The translations under genes were made by a program, and so were the position numbers. Below, piece by piece: positions 1 through 8,793 of a stretch of 13,855 nucleotides of DNA. The notes beneath the pieces are model-generated. The model searched no databases, was not told where the DNA came from, and saw nothing but the letters and a program-made list of their open reading frames with translations. This DNA is from Candidatus Hodarchaeota archaeon (GTDB lineage: Archaea; Asgardarchaeota; Heimdallarchaeia; Hodarchaeales; Hodarchaeaceae), in contig JAEOTC010000256.1 in NCBI GenBank assembly GCA_016840035.1, positions 1 to 13,855 of the forward strand, in the 5' to 3' direction. Position 1 is the first letter of the stretch. Every line of letters begins with the position of its first letter.

Positions 1-2
1 CG

Positions 3-491
3 ACCTGGTATCATCCAGGGGATTCTAAATGGTCAGGGGGTTTGATTTTTCAAAGAGAAACAAAAAAAGATCTTGATACACCAATCAGAGGGAGTAAATT
101 AAGCCCAGAACAGGTTAGAAGCATTTTAAATAAAACGAAGCTGTTAACTTGGGTTTTATCACTAGGTTACATAATCAATCATCTATTTCAAGGGAGATTC
201 TCCATCCCGACAAACTTATGGACATCCGAAGACTCTCAATTCCAATATCAATTTTCAACGTATAACTTATTACCTGGAAAAATCTTTTTAACCTATAAAC
301 TAGATAAAAATGAGGATCAAAGAGTTGAGTTGAGTCAGATCTTCAGAATTATCCCCAAGGGATTATTAGGTACAGCATATTGGTTTTTATTGAATCCATT
401 ATTTATTCTGGCATCACAACAGACATTAAATCAAATTATGAATGCACTTGGAGAAAAATCGATTGAAAATTGGAATAATGCAGCCTCATAA
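3..491 (+). CDS. C-terminal part of a YbjT-like NAD(P)-binding SDR protein with DUF2867 domain (5'-truncated by window edge)
   Basis: Frame is open from position 3 (TWYHPGDSKWSGG then LIFQRE...), so TTG 42 is probably not the real start. PGDxxWxGG and IPKGLLGTAYWFLLNPLF resemble, from recall, the PGDPxWAGG and FxPxGLxGxxYWxxxxPxH motifs of SDR-DUF2867 proteins. Confidence 0.7.
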   Translation, partial: TWYHPGDSKWSGGLIFQRETKKDLDTPIRGSKLSPEQVRSILNKTKLLTWVLSLGYIINHLFQGRFSIPTNLWTSEDSQFQYQFSTYNLLPGKIFLTYKLDKNEDQRVELSQIFRIIPKGLLGTAYWFLLNPLFILASQQTLNQIMNALGEKSIENWNNAAS

Positions 492-1752
492 GAAATATAA
501 GTTTCTCCAAGAGCTTGTTTTTGAGGGGTTCTGGCCCATTAACAAACTATCCTCTCAAACAAATACGATTCTTCTTCTCATAATGTATTTTGCTTGGGGA
601 GTACTCCTTTTTCTCCTTTATGATATACCAGTCAGCTTCATAACCGCAGGTACATTAGGTGCTCTTGGTTTATACATCTGGACAATTGGAATTTTCCGTT
701 ATGCAGATGCATTACGAGACGTCGAAATCGAACGGATTAACAAAGTAAATCAGAAGTTTTTGACTGAGTATTTAGAGGATTTATTTCATCCATCTTCAAT
801 AATTTTCGGGGTTTTTATCTACTGTGGGGTTCTGACCTACCTTTTTACACCCCTTTTTCCTCACTCACCCACGTTTCTCGCCCAACTTCAAAGTGAAATG
901 AATGTAACGTCACTACCTCCTCTTCTCATGTTATTTATATTCTTATTGATCTTTGATCTGTCTTATAGATTGGGTTTATCTCTTTATCTCATTTTCACTC
1001 AGTTAAGAAGAAATGTTCGTCTTTCCAGATATTTAAAAACTCCCATGTTAAGCTCTTATTTTTCTCCAGTCGACATACGTAATTTAGAAGGAACAGATAG
1101 ATTTAATTTCCTTTCCATAAGTGGAGGATTTATGCTTATTCCATTAGGATTGTTAGATCCAATATTATTATATTTATTACTGTTATACTTGTTCTTAACA
1201 CTTTTTCTTTCCTCTATAGTCCTCTTTCATCTACGATTTCTCTATCTTCGGGCGATCCCAGAGGGAATCTTAAAGTTACTTAAATCAGCAAAATTTGCTC
1301 AAATAGGAACTATTACAACTAAAAAACGACCTCATCTTACCCCTACTTTATTTATCTTTAATGGAAGAAATTTTTTTATTGCCACATCAAATAAAAGCAA
1401 GAAAGTCAAGAATTTACGTTCTATAAACAAAATTTCAATTTTCATTGATTCTCAGGAACAGAAAGACTATACTAAAAATGTCGGCCTCTTAACCATCGGT
1501 CGTACAAGAATCTATGGACATGATATAAGAACAGGTATAATTTATTTCATAGTTTTAGGTTTCAGAATGATTCGCACCTACTTTCTGTTTCATAGAAAGT
1601 ATCCTCATTACATCAATGAATACTGGCGCGGAAGTAGAGAGCTTCCTCGAGCTTGGCGGATTTTTCCGATTCTCAGTCGAACGATCATTGAAATAATTCC
1701 TGAGCAATTCTACCTCGCTAAAGCTTCAAGAACAAATTTAGTAATGTTATAA
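478..1752 (+). CDS. Multi-pass membrane protein with C-terminal pyridoxamine 5'-phosphate oxidase-like (FMN/F420 split-barrel) domain
   Basis: About 6-7 hydrophobic segments in the first ~270 aa, then FAQIGTITTKKRPHLTPTLFIFNGRNFFIATSNKSKKVKNLRSINKISIFID, the typical split-barrel pattern (xAT...PHxxP...T...SxKxxNL...VSxxxD). ATG 478 preferred over 442 because it overlaps the upstream gene by 14 nt instead of 50. Confidence 0.8.
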   Translation: MQPHKKYKFLQELVFEGFWPINKLSSQTNTILLLIMYFAWGVLLFLLYDIPVSFITAGTLGALGLYIWTIGIFRYADALRDVEIERINKVNQKFLTEYLEDLFHPSSIIFGVFIYCGVLTYLFTPLFPHSPTFLAQLQSEMNVTSLPPLLMLFIFLLIFDLSYRLGLSLYLIFTQLRRNVRLSRYLKTPMLSSYFSPVDIRNLEGTDRFNFLSISGGFMLIPLGLLDPILLYLLLLYLFLTLFLSSIVLFHLRFLYLRAIPEGILKLLKSAKFAQIGTITTKKRPHLTPTLFIFNGRNFFIATSNKSKKVKNLRSINKISIFIDSQEQKDYTKNVGLLTIGRTRIYGHDIRTGIIYFIVLGFRMIRTYFLFHRKYPHYINEYWRGSRELPRAWRIFPILSRTIIEIIPEQFYLAKASRTNLVML

Positions 1753-1768
1753 GGCTGGAAATCACCAA

Positions 1769-2287
1769 TTGAGAGTAAAATGCGACCTAAATGGAGAATG
1801 GTGTGAACTTCCAGAATATATTACAGAATTTATACTAGCTAAGTCGTTAGTCTATGTAAACACGATATCTCGTGAAAATTATCCAATAATTCAATCTCTA
1901 CTCTTTGTAAACGAACATGAGAAATGCACTCTTCGCTTTTTGGTAAATTCAAAATCAAATATTCTTGTAAACCTTAATCACAATCCATTTTTAACTCTCA
2001 CTTTGGATAAGACTCATCCTAGCAATCCATTACGACATGAGGGAATAATGATAGAGGCAAAGGCTCATTTAACATCTTCAGCAAATGATATCCAACTATG
2101 CTATAATGAATTACTTGACAAGTACGGAGTTGAAATTGTTACAAAAATTTTGGGGGCAGTTGAAATGGATGAACTGATAGCTATCGGGACAATACCAAAC
2201 AAAATAGTCCATTGGAAAGGACCTTTTTTCCAAAAATTAGATTGTAGTAAAAGGAAGAGAAAATCTGCAAACTTAACTAAAGGGTGA
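1769..2287 (+). CDS. Pyridoxamine 5'-phosphate oxidase-like (split-barrel) family protein
   Basis: VYVNTISRENYPIIQSLLF...SKSNILVNLNHNPFLTLTLD...GIMIEAKA...ELLDKY...IPNKIVHW follows the PNPOx-like fold pattern; TTG start 16 nt after the upstream stop. Confidence 0.75.
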   Translation: MRVKCDLNGEWCELPEYITEFILAKSLVYVNTISRENYPIIQSLLFVNEHEKCTLRFLVNSKSNILVNLNHNPFLTLTLDKTHPSNPLRHEGIMIEAKAHLTSSANDIQLCYNELLDKYGVEIVTKILGAVEMDELIAIGTIPNKIVHWKGPFFQKLDCSKRKRKSANLTKG

Positions 2288-2790
2288 CAGAATTGAGCAA
2301 TAAGAATGTATATTTAGGCGAAGTTTTATCCCAGGAATTTCATCACACCTGGCAAATGTTACGTCAGGCGATTAAGAACATCACTCCAAGCAAATGGAAT
2401 GAAAGAATACACGATTGGTCTTTTTCCTTTACTGTTTATCATATTATTGAAACTGCGGAGTTCTATAATAGAAACACACCCGAAGGAATGGAGTGGGGGA
2501 AACGTGCGGGATTCTCATGGACTGAAAATAGTGATGAAGAAATTCTTGAACGGATGGCAGCATTAACAAAGGAGGATATGGTCAATTATCTTAATGACAT
2601 TGAAGAAAGCATAACCAAATATCTAGCAAATGTTTCAGTTGAGGATTTATTTACAACAGACGGTTTTGATAATGGGAAATTACTAATCATCAAGAAACTT
2701 TTGTATCTTCTTCGTCATAATATGCATCATATCGGTGAACTCAATAAATTTCTACGGGATATTGATAGTACCCGAATAAATTGGGAATGA
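2284..2790 (+). CDS. DinB/YfiT-like family protein (putative metal-dependent thiol S-transferase/hydrolase)
   Basis: WSFSFTVYHIIE and LLRHNMHHIGEL supply the DinB His triad (H...HxxxH); 168 aa; GTGA start/stop overlap with the upstream gene. Confidence 0.85.
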   Translation: MTELSNKNVYLGEVLSQEFHHTWQMLRQAIKNITPSKWNERIHDWSFSFTVYHIIETAEFYNRNTPEGMEWGKRAGFSWTENSDEEILERMAALTKEDMVNYLNDIEESITKYLANVSVEDLFTTDGFDNGKLLIIKKLLYLLRHNMHHIGELNKFLRDIDSTRINWE

Positions 2791-2803
2791 TGCGTTAATC
2801 ACT

Positions 2804-3247
2804 TCATTGAAGATGTAAATCTTCAAACCAATTTGCTAGTGAAACGTACCACTGATCAAAGAATTGCTTCATCTGATTAAAGGTAGGTCTTACAAGGGAA
2901 TAATGAATAAACTTCCCTTTTTTCCAGCCACAGATTAAGTGAATATCTTCTAATTTTCGCAAATCCCTTGAAATTGCTGGTTGAGATTTTCCTAATAGAG
3001 CTTCTAATTCACACGAACAACGATCTTTTAACCGTAATGCGTTAATAATTAATAGTCTATCAGTACTTCCAAGTGTTTCAAATACTCCTTTAAGAAACAG
3101 AAAATCTTCTTCAGCCCTAAGTTTGGAGGATAATTTCTCTAAATTCTCATAATACTTTTCAGGGTTGTCTATATCTTCACATTTCCCTAAAATTTGCACA
3201 ATACGGGATTTAAATTGTCTTTTGTTAACCTGCGTCAAAAATATCAC
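2804..3247 (-). CDS. arsR: ArsR/SmtB family metalloregulatory repressor
   Basis: FETLGSTDRLLIINAL...RCSCELEALLGKSQPAISRDLRKL...KKGKFIHYSL: winged HTH with a CxC As(III)-binding box (cf. ELCVCDL); divergent from acr3. Confidence 0.92.
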   Translation of the reverse strand: MIFLTQVNKRQFKSRIVQILGKCEDIDNPEKYYENLEKLSSKLRAEEDFLFLKGVFETLGSTDRLLIINALRLKDRCSCELEALLGKSQPAISRDLRKLEDIHLICGWKKGKFIHYSLVRPTFNQMKQFFDQWYVSLANWFEDLHLQ

Positions 3248-3370
3248 TATTTTACCGAAATAAATTAGCTAAAGCTTAAGTATCACAATTCTTAAATATG
3301 TATCACATAAGGCGAATATATCAATTCTATTATACATCTTGTACAAAATATCGAGAATTTGTGGGTTAAT
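3248..3370. promoter_or_regulatory. Divergent arsR/acr3 promoter region with candidate operator repeats
   Basis: GTATCACA direct repeat at 3280-3287 and 3300-3307; TATGT-atc-ACATA inverted repeat at 3297-3309; TATA-like TTAAATA at 3292-3298. Confidence 0.45.
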
Positions 3371-4420
3371 ATGGCAACAATTGAAACAGTTCCAAAGAAG
3401 GAATCTTCACTTAGTATTTTCGAACAATATCTCGTCATCTGGATTCCCTTATGTATGTTAGCAGGGATACTCTTAGCAGAAAACTTTCCGTGGATAAGTG
3501 AGACAATAGATAATATTCAAGTCTGGAATATATCCATTCCTATTGGTATTTGCCTTTTCTTTATGATGTATCCAGCTGTTTTAAATCTCAAAGGCTCTGA
3601 GTTGAAAAAGCTAGGGAAGAACCCAAAACCGATCATTTTGACGCTAATTTCCAATTGGTTTATTGCCCCTATCGTTGGCCTTGTGTTAGCTAACTATTTT
3701 TTGGCAGGAAATGATGATTTAATCGTAGCTATAATTCTACTTAGTGCAAGCCCATGTACAGCAATGGTATTAGTTTGGGGGATGATGGCAGAAGGAAATC
3801 AAGAGCAGAATGTTGTTAATACGAGTTTGAACACCATAACGATAATGATATTCTATGCACCTCTTGTAGCCATTCTCACTGGGTTACAGAATATTCCTAT
3901 CGATAGATGGAGTCTAGCTCTATCTGTCATATTATTCATCGGATTGCCTATTATTTTGGGAATAATAAGTAGGAACTATTTAATTGCTCGTAAAGGAGAA
4001 GTGTGGTTCAATGAAACCTATCGTCCAACTATAGGAAAAGTCGCAATTATCGCTTTATTATCAACTTTAATAATTTTATTTGCTTTAAATGGGAAAACAC
4101 TAATAGAAAACCCTGAATTATTGGTACAAGTATCAGTACCTTTAATCTTAGGGTTTATAATAGTTGTCGGATACAATGTGATAATTACGAAGATATTTGG
4201 ACTACACTATCAAGAAGCGATTATTACGGTGATAATCGGTTCATCAAGTCACTTTGAAATTGCCATTGCAACTGCTATTGCCGTATTTGGGCTGGGTTCA
4301 GTTGCAGCACTTGGAACAACGATGGGATTATTCTGGGAAATTCCTATAATGCTCAGTATTGTTTATCTAGGTAAATATCTGGGTAAACGATCATTCTGGA
4401 ACACTGAAGCGAAAAATTAA
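3371..4420 (+). CDS. acr3: Acr3 family arsenite/antimonite efflux transporter
   Basis: LSIFEQYLVIWIPLCM, IPIGICLFFMMYP, NWFIAP, SPCTAMVLVW (essential Cys), SSHFEIAIATAIAVFG are Acr3 signatures; ~10 TM. ATG 3371 preferred; TTG 3359 is possible. Confidence 0.95.
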   Translation: MATIETVPKKESSLSIFEQYLVIWIPLCMLAGILLAENFPWISETIDNIQVWNISIPIGICLFFMMYPAVLNLKGSELKKLGKNPKPIILTLISNWFIAPIVGLVLANYFLAGNDDLIVAIILLSASPCTAMVLVWGMMAEGNQEQNVVNTSLNTITIMIFYAPLVAILTGLQNIPIDRWSLALSVILFIGLPIILGIISRNYLIARKGEVWFNETYRPTIGKVAIIALLSTLIILFALNGKTLIENPELLVQVSVPLILGFIIVVGYNVIITKIFGLHYQEAIITVIIGSSSHFEIAIATAIAVFGLGSVAALGTTMGLFWEIPIMLSIVYLGKYLGKRSFWNTEAKN

Positions 4421-5112
4421 TTTCCAATCGGTTTTTTAACCAGAAATCGAAAATGACCAGATCCCTTTTGTGCTAAGAGATTATCAATGTCAAAAGGAGC
4501 AGAAAAAACCTCATCATATACCAAACTCTCGATGTTAAAATCCTTGAAAAATTCAAGAACATCGTCTATATAGGAGAAAAAATGTGGAATCCCATCTTCC
4601 ACACCACCTTTAACAACAAGTGTTTGGTCATCTAGAATAAGATTATCCTGCATTCTGAACGGAGTACCTTTATCCTTTGTAATAAGTGTGCCATAGAACA
4701 TTCCCCCTGGTTTTAAAACACGAAAAACTTCAGAAATCACTTTAAAGATATCATCTTTCATAGCATGATAAATTACATTGTAACTTACAACAAGATCGAA
4801 CGTATTATCAGGGTGGTCAATTTCGGTCATACGGCCTTGCTTGACATTGGCTGTTAATCCCACTTTCCCCAACCAAGTATTAGTTGCCTGAACGGCCTCC
4901 TCAGCAATATCACTTGCATAAACATCATAACCTTGTGCAGCAAAAAAAACTGTATGCCTTCCAATACCACAGCCAAGGTCGTATACTTTAATTTCTGGAT
5001 CCTGTCCTAATGAATACACTAAACTCATCACAGGACCATCTGGAATCTCCCATCCACTCTTATCCTTAAGATCAAGCCATTTCCATCCCACTTGAATTGA
5101 TTCTCTTTTCAT
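4417..5112 (-). CDS. Class I SAM-dependent methyltransferase
   Basis: VYDLGCGIGRH (motif I), VYASDIA, FDLVVSYNVIYH, RVLKPGG. Stop overlaps the acr3 stop (TTAA); start overlaps the EamA stop (ATGA). Confidence 0.92.
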   Translation of the reverse strand: MKRESIQVGWKWLDLKDKSGWEIPDGPVMSLVYSLGQDPEIKVYDLGCGIGRHTVFFAAQGYDVYASDIAEEAVQATNTWLGKVGLTANVKQGRMTEIDHPDNTFDLVVSYNVIYHAMKDDIFKVISEVFRVLKPGGMFYGTLITKDKGTPFRMQDNLILDDQTLVVKGGVEDGIPHFFSYIDDVLEFFKDFNIESLVYDEVFSAPFDIDNLLAQKGSGHFRFLVKKPIGN

Positions 5113-6068
5113 TTTCGATCACTAACTGTCCTTTTATCAAGGGTTTTTGCGGTATTTTCCTTTCCACTAATTCTAGCTCGATTAAACTGCAGAATAAAGG
5201 TAGCTACCAAAAGTATCACAAGACCAATCCATTCATTCAACACTGGAATCTCATCCAGAAATAAAATTGAGAGAAAAACAATTTGTGGAAACATAGTCCC
5301 GTTAATAATCGCAATATCCATAGCTCGAATGGTTCTCATCGCTCCATTCCATAATGTAAACGCTAATGCTGTATTCACAACTCCGAGCCAAAGAATCATA
5401 AGAAACGAATCGAAAGAAATTGAAGGAATGGATTCAGATAGAAGAGCAGTTAATAAAAGTATGACTGAACCGAATGACATACTTATTGCGGTAATCAAGA
5501 GTGGATGGAGAGAATTTCCACGATTAATACTTCTTCCTAAAATCGAAGATAGGGCATTTACTACAATAAGCCCCAAACCGACGAGTAACCCAGAGAATGA
5601 TAATGTTTCAAAACTAAATGGAAAGAAGTAACAAAGAATACCTATAAGTGCGATAAGAAAAAAGAATAATTCTAACAAGCTAGGTTTCTCTTTGAGCAAA
5701 AAAAATGAAAAAATGATGACAGCGAATGGAGTCATATTCAATAGGAACGAAACTGTTATAGCTGGTAGGAGTGAAAGCGCTAAGAATTGACCACCCTGTG
5801 TAAAAGTAATAAACACTAAGCCATATAAAAATAATAGACTCCATATTCTGAATTTTGCATTTTTTAGTGTATTACGATGATAAGGATTAACAAAAACCAG
5901 AATAAGTAATAAAAACGATCCAATAAGATAACGGAAGCCCGCAAAGAAAAGGGGTGGTAAATCTTCTAGCCCAAATTTAATGATTACCCACGAACTACTC
6001 CATAACACGGTTACGAAGAGTGCTTGAACGACTGCAGCTATGTATTCTTTAGAGAAGTGGATTTCCAT
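5109..6068 (-). CDS. DMT superfamily EamA transporter
   Basis: LWSSSWVIIKFGL..LPPLFFAGFRY, LLKEKP, NTALAFTLWN, LFLDE; two EamA repeats, ~10 TM. Confidence 0.92.
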   Translation of the reverse strand: MEIHFSKEYIAAVVQALFVTVLWSSSWVIIKFGLEDLPPLFFAGFRYLIGSFLLLILVFVNPYHRNTLKNAKFRIWSLLFLYGLVFITFTQGGQFLALSLLPAITVSFLLNMTPFAVIIFSFFLLKEKPSLLELFFFLIALIGILCYFFPFSFETLSFSGLLVGLGLIVVNALSSILGRSINRGNSLHPLLITAISMSFGSVILLLTALLSESIPSISFDSFLMILWLGVVNTALAFTLWNGAMRTIRAMDIAIINGTMFPQIVFLSILFLDEIPVLNEWIGLVILLVATFILQFNRARISGKENTAKTLDKRTVSDRK

Positions 6069-6174
6069 TAAGACACCATAAAATGATGAGCAAATTTCGT
6101 GAATTTAGGTAAAACATAAATTTATCTGATTTGGTAAAAAGTAGTATACCCAGATAGAGAGATGTTGATATCAA

Positions 6175-6993
6175 ATGAAGTCATGGCCTGTATCTGTACT
6201 GAAGTTCTATCAAGAAGTTAGTGAACTCTGTGAAGAAAAAATAGAATTAAAGCGTTTTGTCTTTGAAAAGAATCGGGTAATTAAACTGAATCTTAATAAT
6301 CTGGCACTAGAATCTATTCCTTCATCAATTGCCAGCTTGAAGTCAGTCCGAACTTTGAACTTGAGAGAAAATCAGCTAGTTGAGCTTCCTAAGTCACTTG
6401 GTAACATGAAAAACTTGGAGGAAGTGGTGCTATCTCGGAATTTATTTACAGAGGTTCCTGAGAGCCTAATGAAGCTAAAATCTCTTCGAGTTCTACTTTT
6501 AGTAAATAATCGGATTACTCATTTACCTGAAGATCTTAGACCTTGGAAGTTAATACGGGAATTCGGACTTGTAAAAAATGAAATCACCGCTCTTCCAAAA
6601 TCTTTTGGAAATTTGACACATTTACGAGAACTATCCTTATCAAAGAATACAATTAATTCTTTTCCAGCATCATTTGCAAATCTTGAAAATTTAAAATTTC
6701 TATTTGCATACTCTTGTGACATAAAATTTCTTCCTGAAAATTTTGGCAATTTGAAATCTCTTGAAAAGCTAGATTTAAGTGACAATCTACTTGAAAAACT
6801 TCCAGAATCAATTTATGAATTACATCAGCTAAAAAATGTCGATTTACAGCAGAATAAAATAACCACCATTCCTGATTCTCTCGTATCTCTTCCCTCATTA
6901 AGATATTTGAACTTGGCGAAGAACCCCTTGAGTAATGAAACACGACTATTTCTTAGTAAGCAACAAAGAGATAATGTCAAAATACGTTACTAA
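6175..6993 (+). CDS. Leucine-rich repeat protein (about 10 repeats of 23 aa)
   Basis: Nine full repeats plus one partial of LxxLxLxxNxLxxLPxsfgnLxx, e.g. LEKLDLSDNLLEKLPESIYELHQ, ending LRYLNLAKNPL; no signal peptide or effector domain visible. Confidence 0.95.
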   Translation: MKSWPVSVLKFYQEVSELCEEKIELKRFVFEKNRVIKLNLNNLALESIPSSIASLKSVRTLNLRENQLVELPKSLGNMKNLEEVVLSRNLFTEVPESLMKLKSLRVLLLVNNRITHLPEDLRPWKLIREFGLVKNEITALPKSFGNLTHLRELSLSKNTINSFPASFANLENLKFLFAYSCDIKFLPENFGNLKSLEKLDLSDNLLEKLPESIYELHQLKNVDLQQNKITTIPDSLVSLPSLRYLNLAKNPLSNETRLFLSKQQRDNVKIRY

Positions 6994-7016
6994 ATAAGTG
7001 TATTAAGTGATCTAGC

Positions 7017-7865
7017 ATGATTCTTGCAGTAATTGTGTCATTAATTGGTACCATTATTCTGAATATAGGCTTTGTGCTTCAGAAAAGTGAAGCAGCTCAA
7101 TTACCCTCATTTACTCCGAGAAATATTAAGAAAAAATTGTACCAAGTTGCACAATGCAGGAAATGGATCCTTGGTACAACTTTAACTACAACAGGATGGC
7201 TTTTCTTCCTTATAGCAATAACTATGGCACCTCTAACTGTAATTGCTCCCTTAAGTAATGCTGGAGTAGTAATTCTTGCAGGATTTGCAGTTTTTTATTT
7301 GAAAGAATCGCTTCACATTTATGAATGGTTAGGATTTATTGCTATCCTTGTAGGAGTAATTTTTATCCCCCTTTTTGCTTCACCCCTAGTGAATGACATT
7401 ACCTCAATTGATTATGTTTTAGTTTATGGAATTACACTGATTTGTATTCTTATCTTGGGAGTTGGAAAGCTTGCCCAACGAATATCCTTTCCCCTAAAAA
7501 ATGGAGCAATATTAGGTATTGCTTCAGGAGTGACAGCTGGTCTCGGTTCAGCATATACTAAATTATTGGGATTACTAGGGGAGAACATTATATTCATTAT
7601 TTTTATTTTAGTTATGATTGCAATCTTTCAAATATTATCTTTTATAACATTGCAAACAGCATTTCAGCAGGAACGAGCAACGATAATTGTTCCCCTGTTC
7701 AACAGCTTTGCTACCCTTTTACCCTTAATCTATGGTGTATTGGTATTTTCCGAAGTCATACCAATTGGGCAACTGATCGGAATATTATTAATGGTGATAG
7801 GGGCCTCTGCATTATTTCAATTCAGTGGAGAAGATTTTAGCTTAAAGTTAACGGAAGGAAAATAA
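7017..7865 (+). CDS. DMT superfamily transporter, NIPA (Mg2+ transporter)-like
   Basis: About 9 TM; NIGFVLQK...WILG...AITMAPLTVIAPL...YLKE...QTAFQ...IIVPL resemble NIPA-family patterns (LQK, WxxG, APxxLVxPL, LxE). Confidence 0.7.
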   Translation: MILAVIVSLIGTIILNIGFVLQKSEAAQLPSFTPRNIKKKLYQVAQCRKWILGTTLTTTGWLFFLIAITMAPLTVIAPLSNAGVVILAGFAVFYLKESLHIYEWLGFIAILVGVIFIPLFASPLVNDITSIDYVLVYGITLICILILGVGKLAQRISFPLKNGAILGIASGVTAGLGSAYTKLLGLLGENIIFIIFILVMIAIFQILSFITLQTAFQQERATIIVPLFNSFATLLPLIYGVLVFSEVIPIGQLIGILLMVIGASALFQFSGEDFSLKLTEGK

Positions 7866-8716
7866 TGCCAGAAGGACCAGAAGTCGAATCAGTCCGACGT
7901 GAATTACTTATTCTTCAGGGACAGCCTATCTCCCAGATCAAGTTTACTCCTCTTTCTCAGAAATACCCAAAGTATCAAGACAAAGAGCATGATTTTTTAC
8001 CCTTTTCAGGACAAAAAGTAGTAGATATTCACCGTTACAACAAATTTCTTGTATGGGAGTTTGAAAAAGAACCAGTTATCCTTAACCATCTTGGAATGTC
8101 GGGATGCTGGACAATGATAAACACTTTAAAAGAAGTTGAGGAAGTAAGCACTCATCCAAAGGTCATAGTGAAGATGAAGCATCCTCCTCATGCGATCTTT
8201 GACGACTGTCGGAATTTTGGACAGTTTCGGATTTTTCCTTCCATAGAAGAAGTAAAGAAGTACCCTCCGATTAAGAAAATAGGGATTGATGGACTACTTG
8301 ACCCCTTTCCACTTGAAGAGTTTTTAAATCGCCTTGCAGAGAAGCGATTTCAACAAAAACAAATTGGAGATTTACTGATGGATGCACGTTTAGTGTCAGG
8401 AATTGGGAATATCTACAAGGCAGAAACTCTCTTCAAGGCGAAACTACATCCTGAACGAGTTGTCTCTACATTAACTGAGGATGAGACAGTTTTATTAGGA
8501 AAATCAATCTCAACTATATTATTAAGAGCATTGAATGACAAAGGAAGTTCCTTTGATGCTCGATATAGACTCCCCTCAGGAGAAGGAGGAAAAGCACAAC
8601 GCTGGCATAAAGTCTATCAAAGGATTAAAGAACCCTGTACCGAATGTGGATCTAAGATCGAAAAGATAGTTCAGAATAATCGAAGTACATATTATTGTCC
8701 AGTGTGTCAGAAGTAA
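7865..8716 (+). CDS. mutM: Fpg/Nei family DNA glycosylase/AP lyase (MutM-like)
   Basis: N-terminal catalytic P-E (MPEGPEV), RYNKFL, HLGMSG, DCRNFG, H2TH GIGNIYKAETLF, zinc finger CTEC...RSTYYCPVCQ; TAATG overlap with the upstream gene. Confidence 0.93.
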   Translation: MPEGPEVESVRRELLILQGQPISQIKFTPLSQKYPKYQDKEHDFLPFSGQKVVDIHRYNKFLVWEFEKEPVILNHLGMSGCWTMINTLKEVEEVSTHPKVIVKMKHPPHAIFDDCRNFGQFRIFPSIEEVKKYPPIKKIGIDGLLDPFPLEEFLNRLAEKRFQQKQIGDLLMDARLVSGIGNIYKAETLFKAKLHPERVVSTLTEDETVLLGKSISTILLRALNDKGSSFDARYRLPSGEGGKAQRWHKVYQRIKEPCTECGSKIEKIVQNNRSTYYCPVCQK

Positions 8717-8748
8717 CGCTAATCCAATGCTAGAGAATAAAGGGGGAT

Positions 8749-8768
8749 TTGATGAAGAAATTCATCAA
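8749..8768. terminator. Hairpin between convergent mutM and HMGCS genes (candidate terminator)
   Basis: Perfect 8-bp stem TTGATGAA/TTCATCAA with a GAAA loop; pyrimidine-rich flanks on the minus strand. Confidence 0.5.
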
Positions 8769-8793
8769 GAAAGGGAAGTTTAAATATGAATAC

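Noticed and set aside
4417-5112. Methyltransferase next to acr3 as arsenite methyltransferase ArsM
   Set aside because: Only one Cys (in the GCG SAM motif), lacking the conserved ArsM catalytic cysteines; convergent with acr3 and coupled to the EamA gene instead.
5329-5631. 100-aa plus-strand ORF
   Set aside because: Antisense shadow of the EamA gene.
6519-6943. Two minus-strand ORFs (88 and 96 aa)
   Set aside because: Antisense to the well-supported LRR gene; no recognisable motifs.
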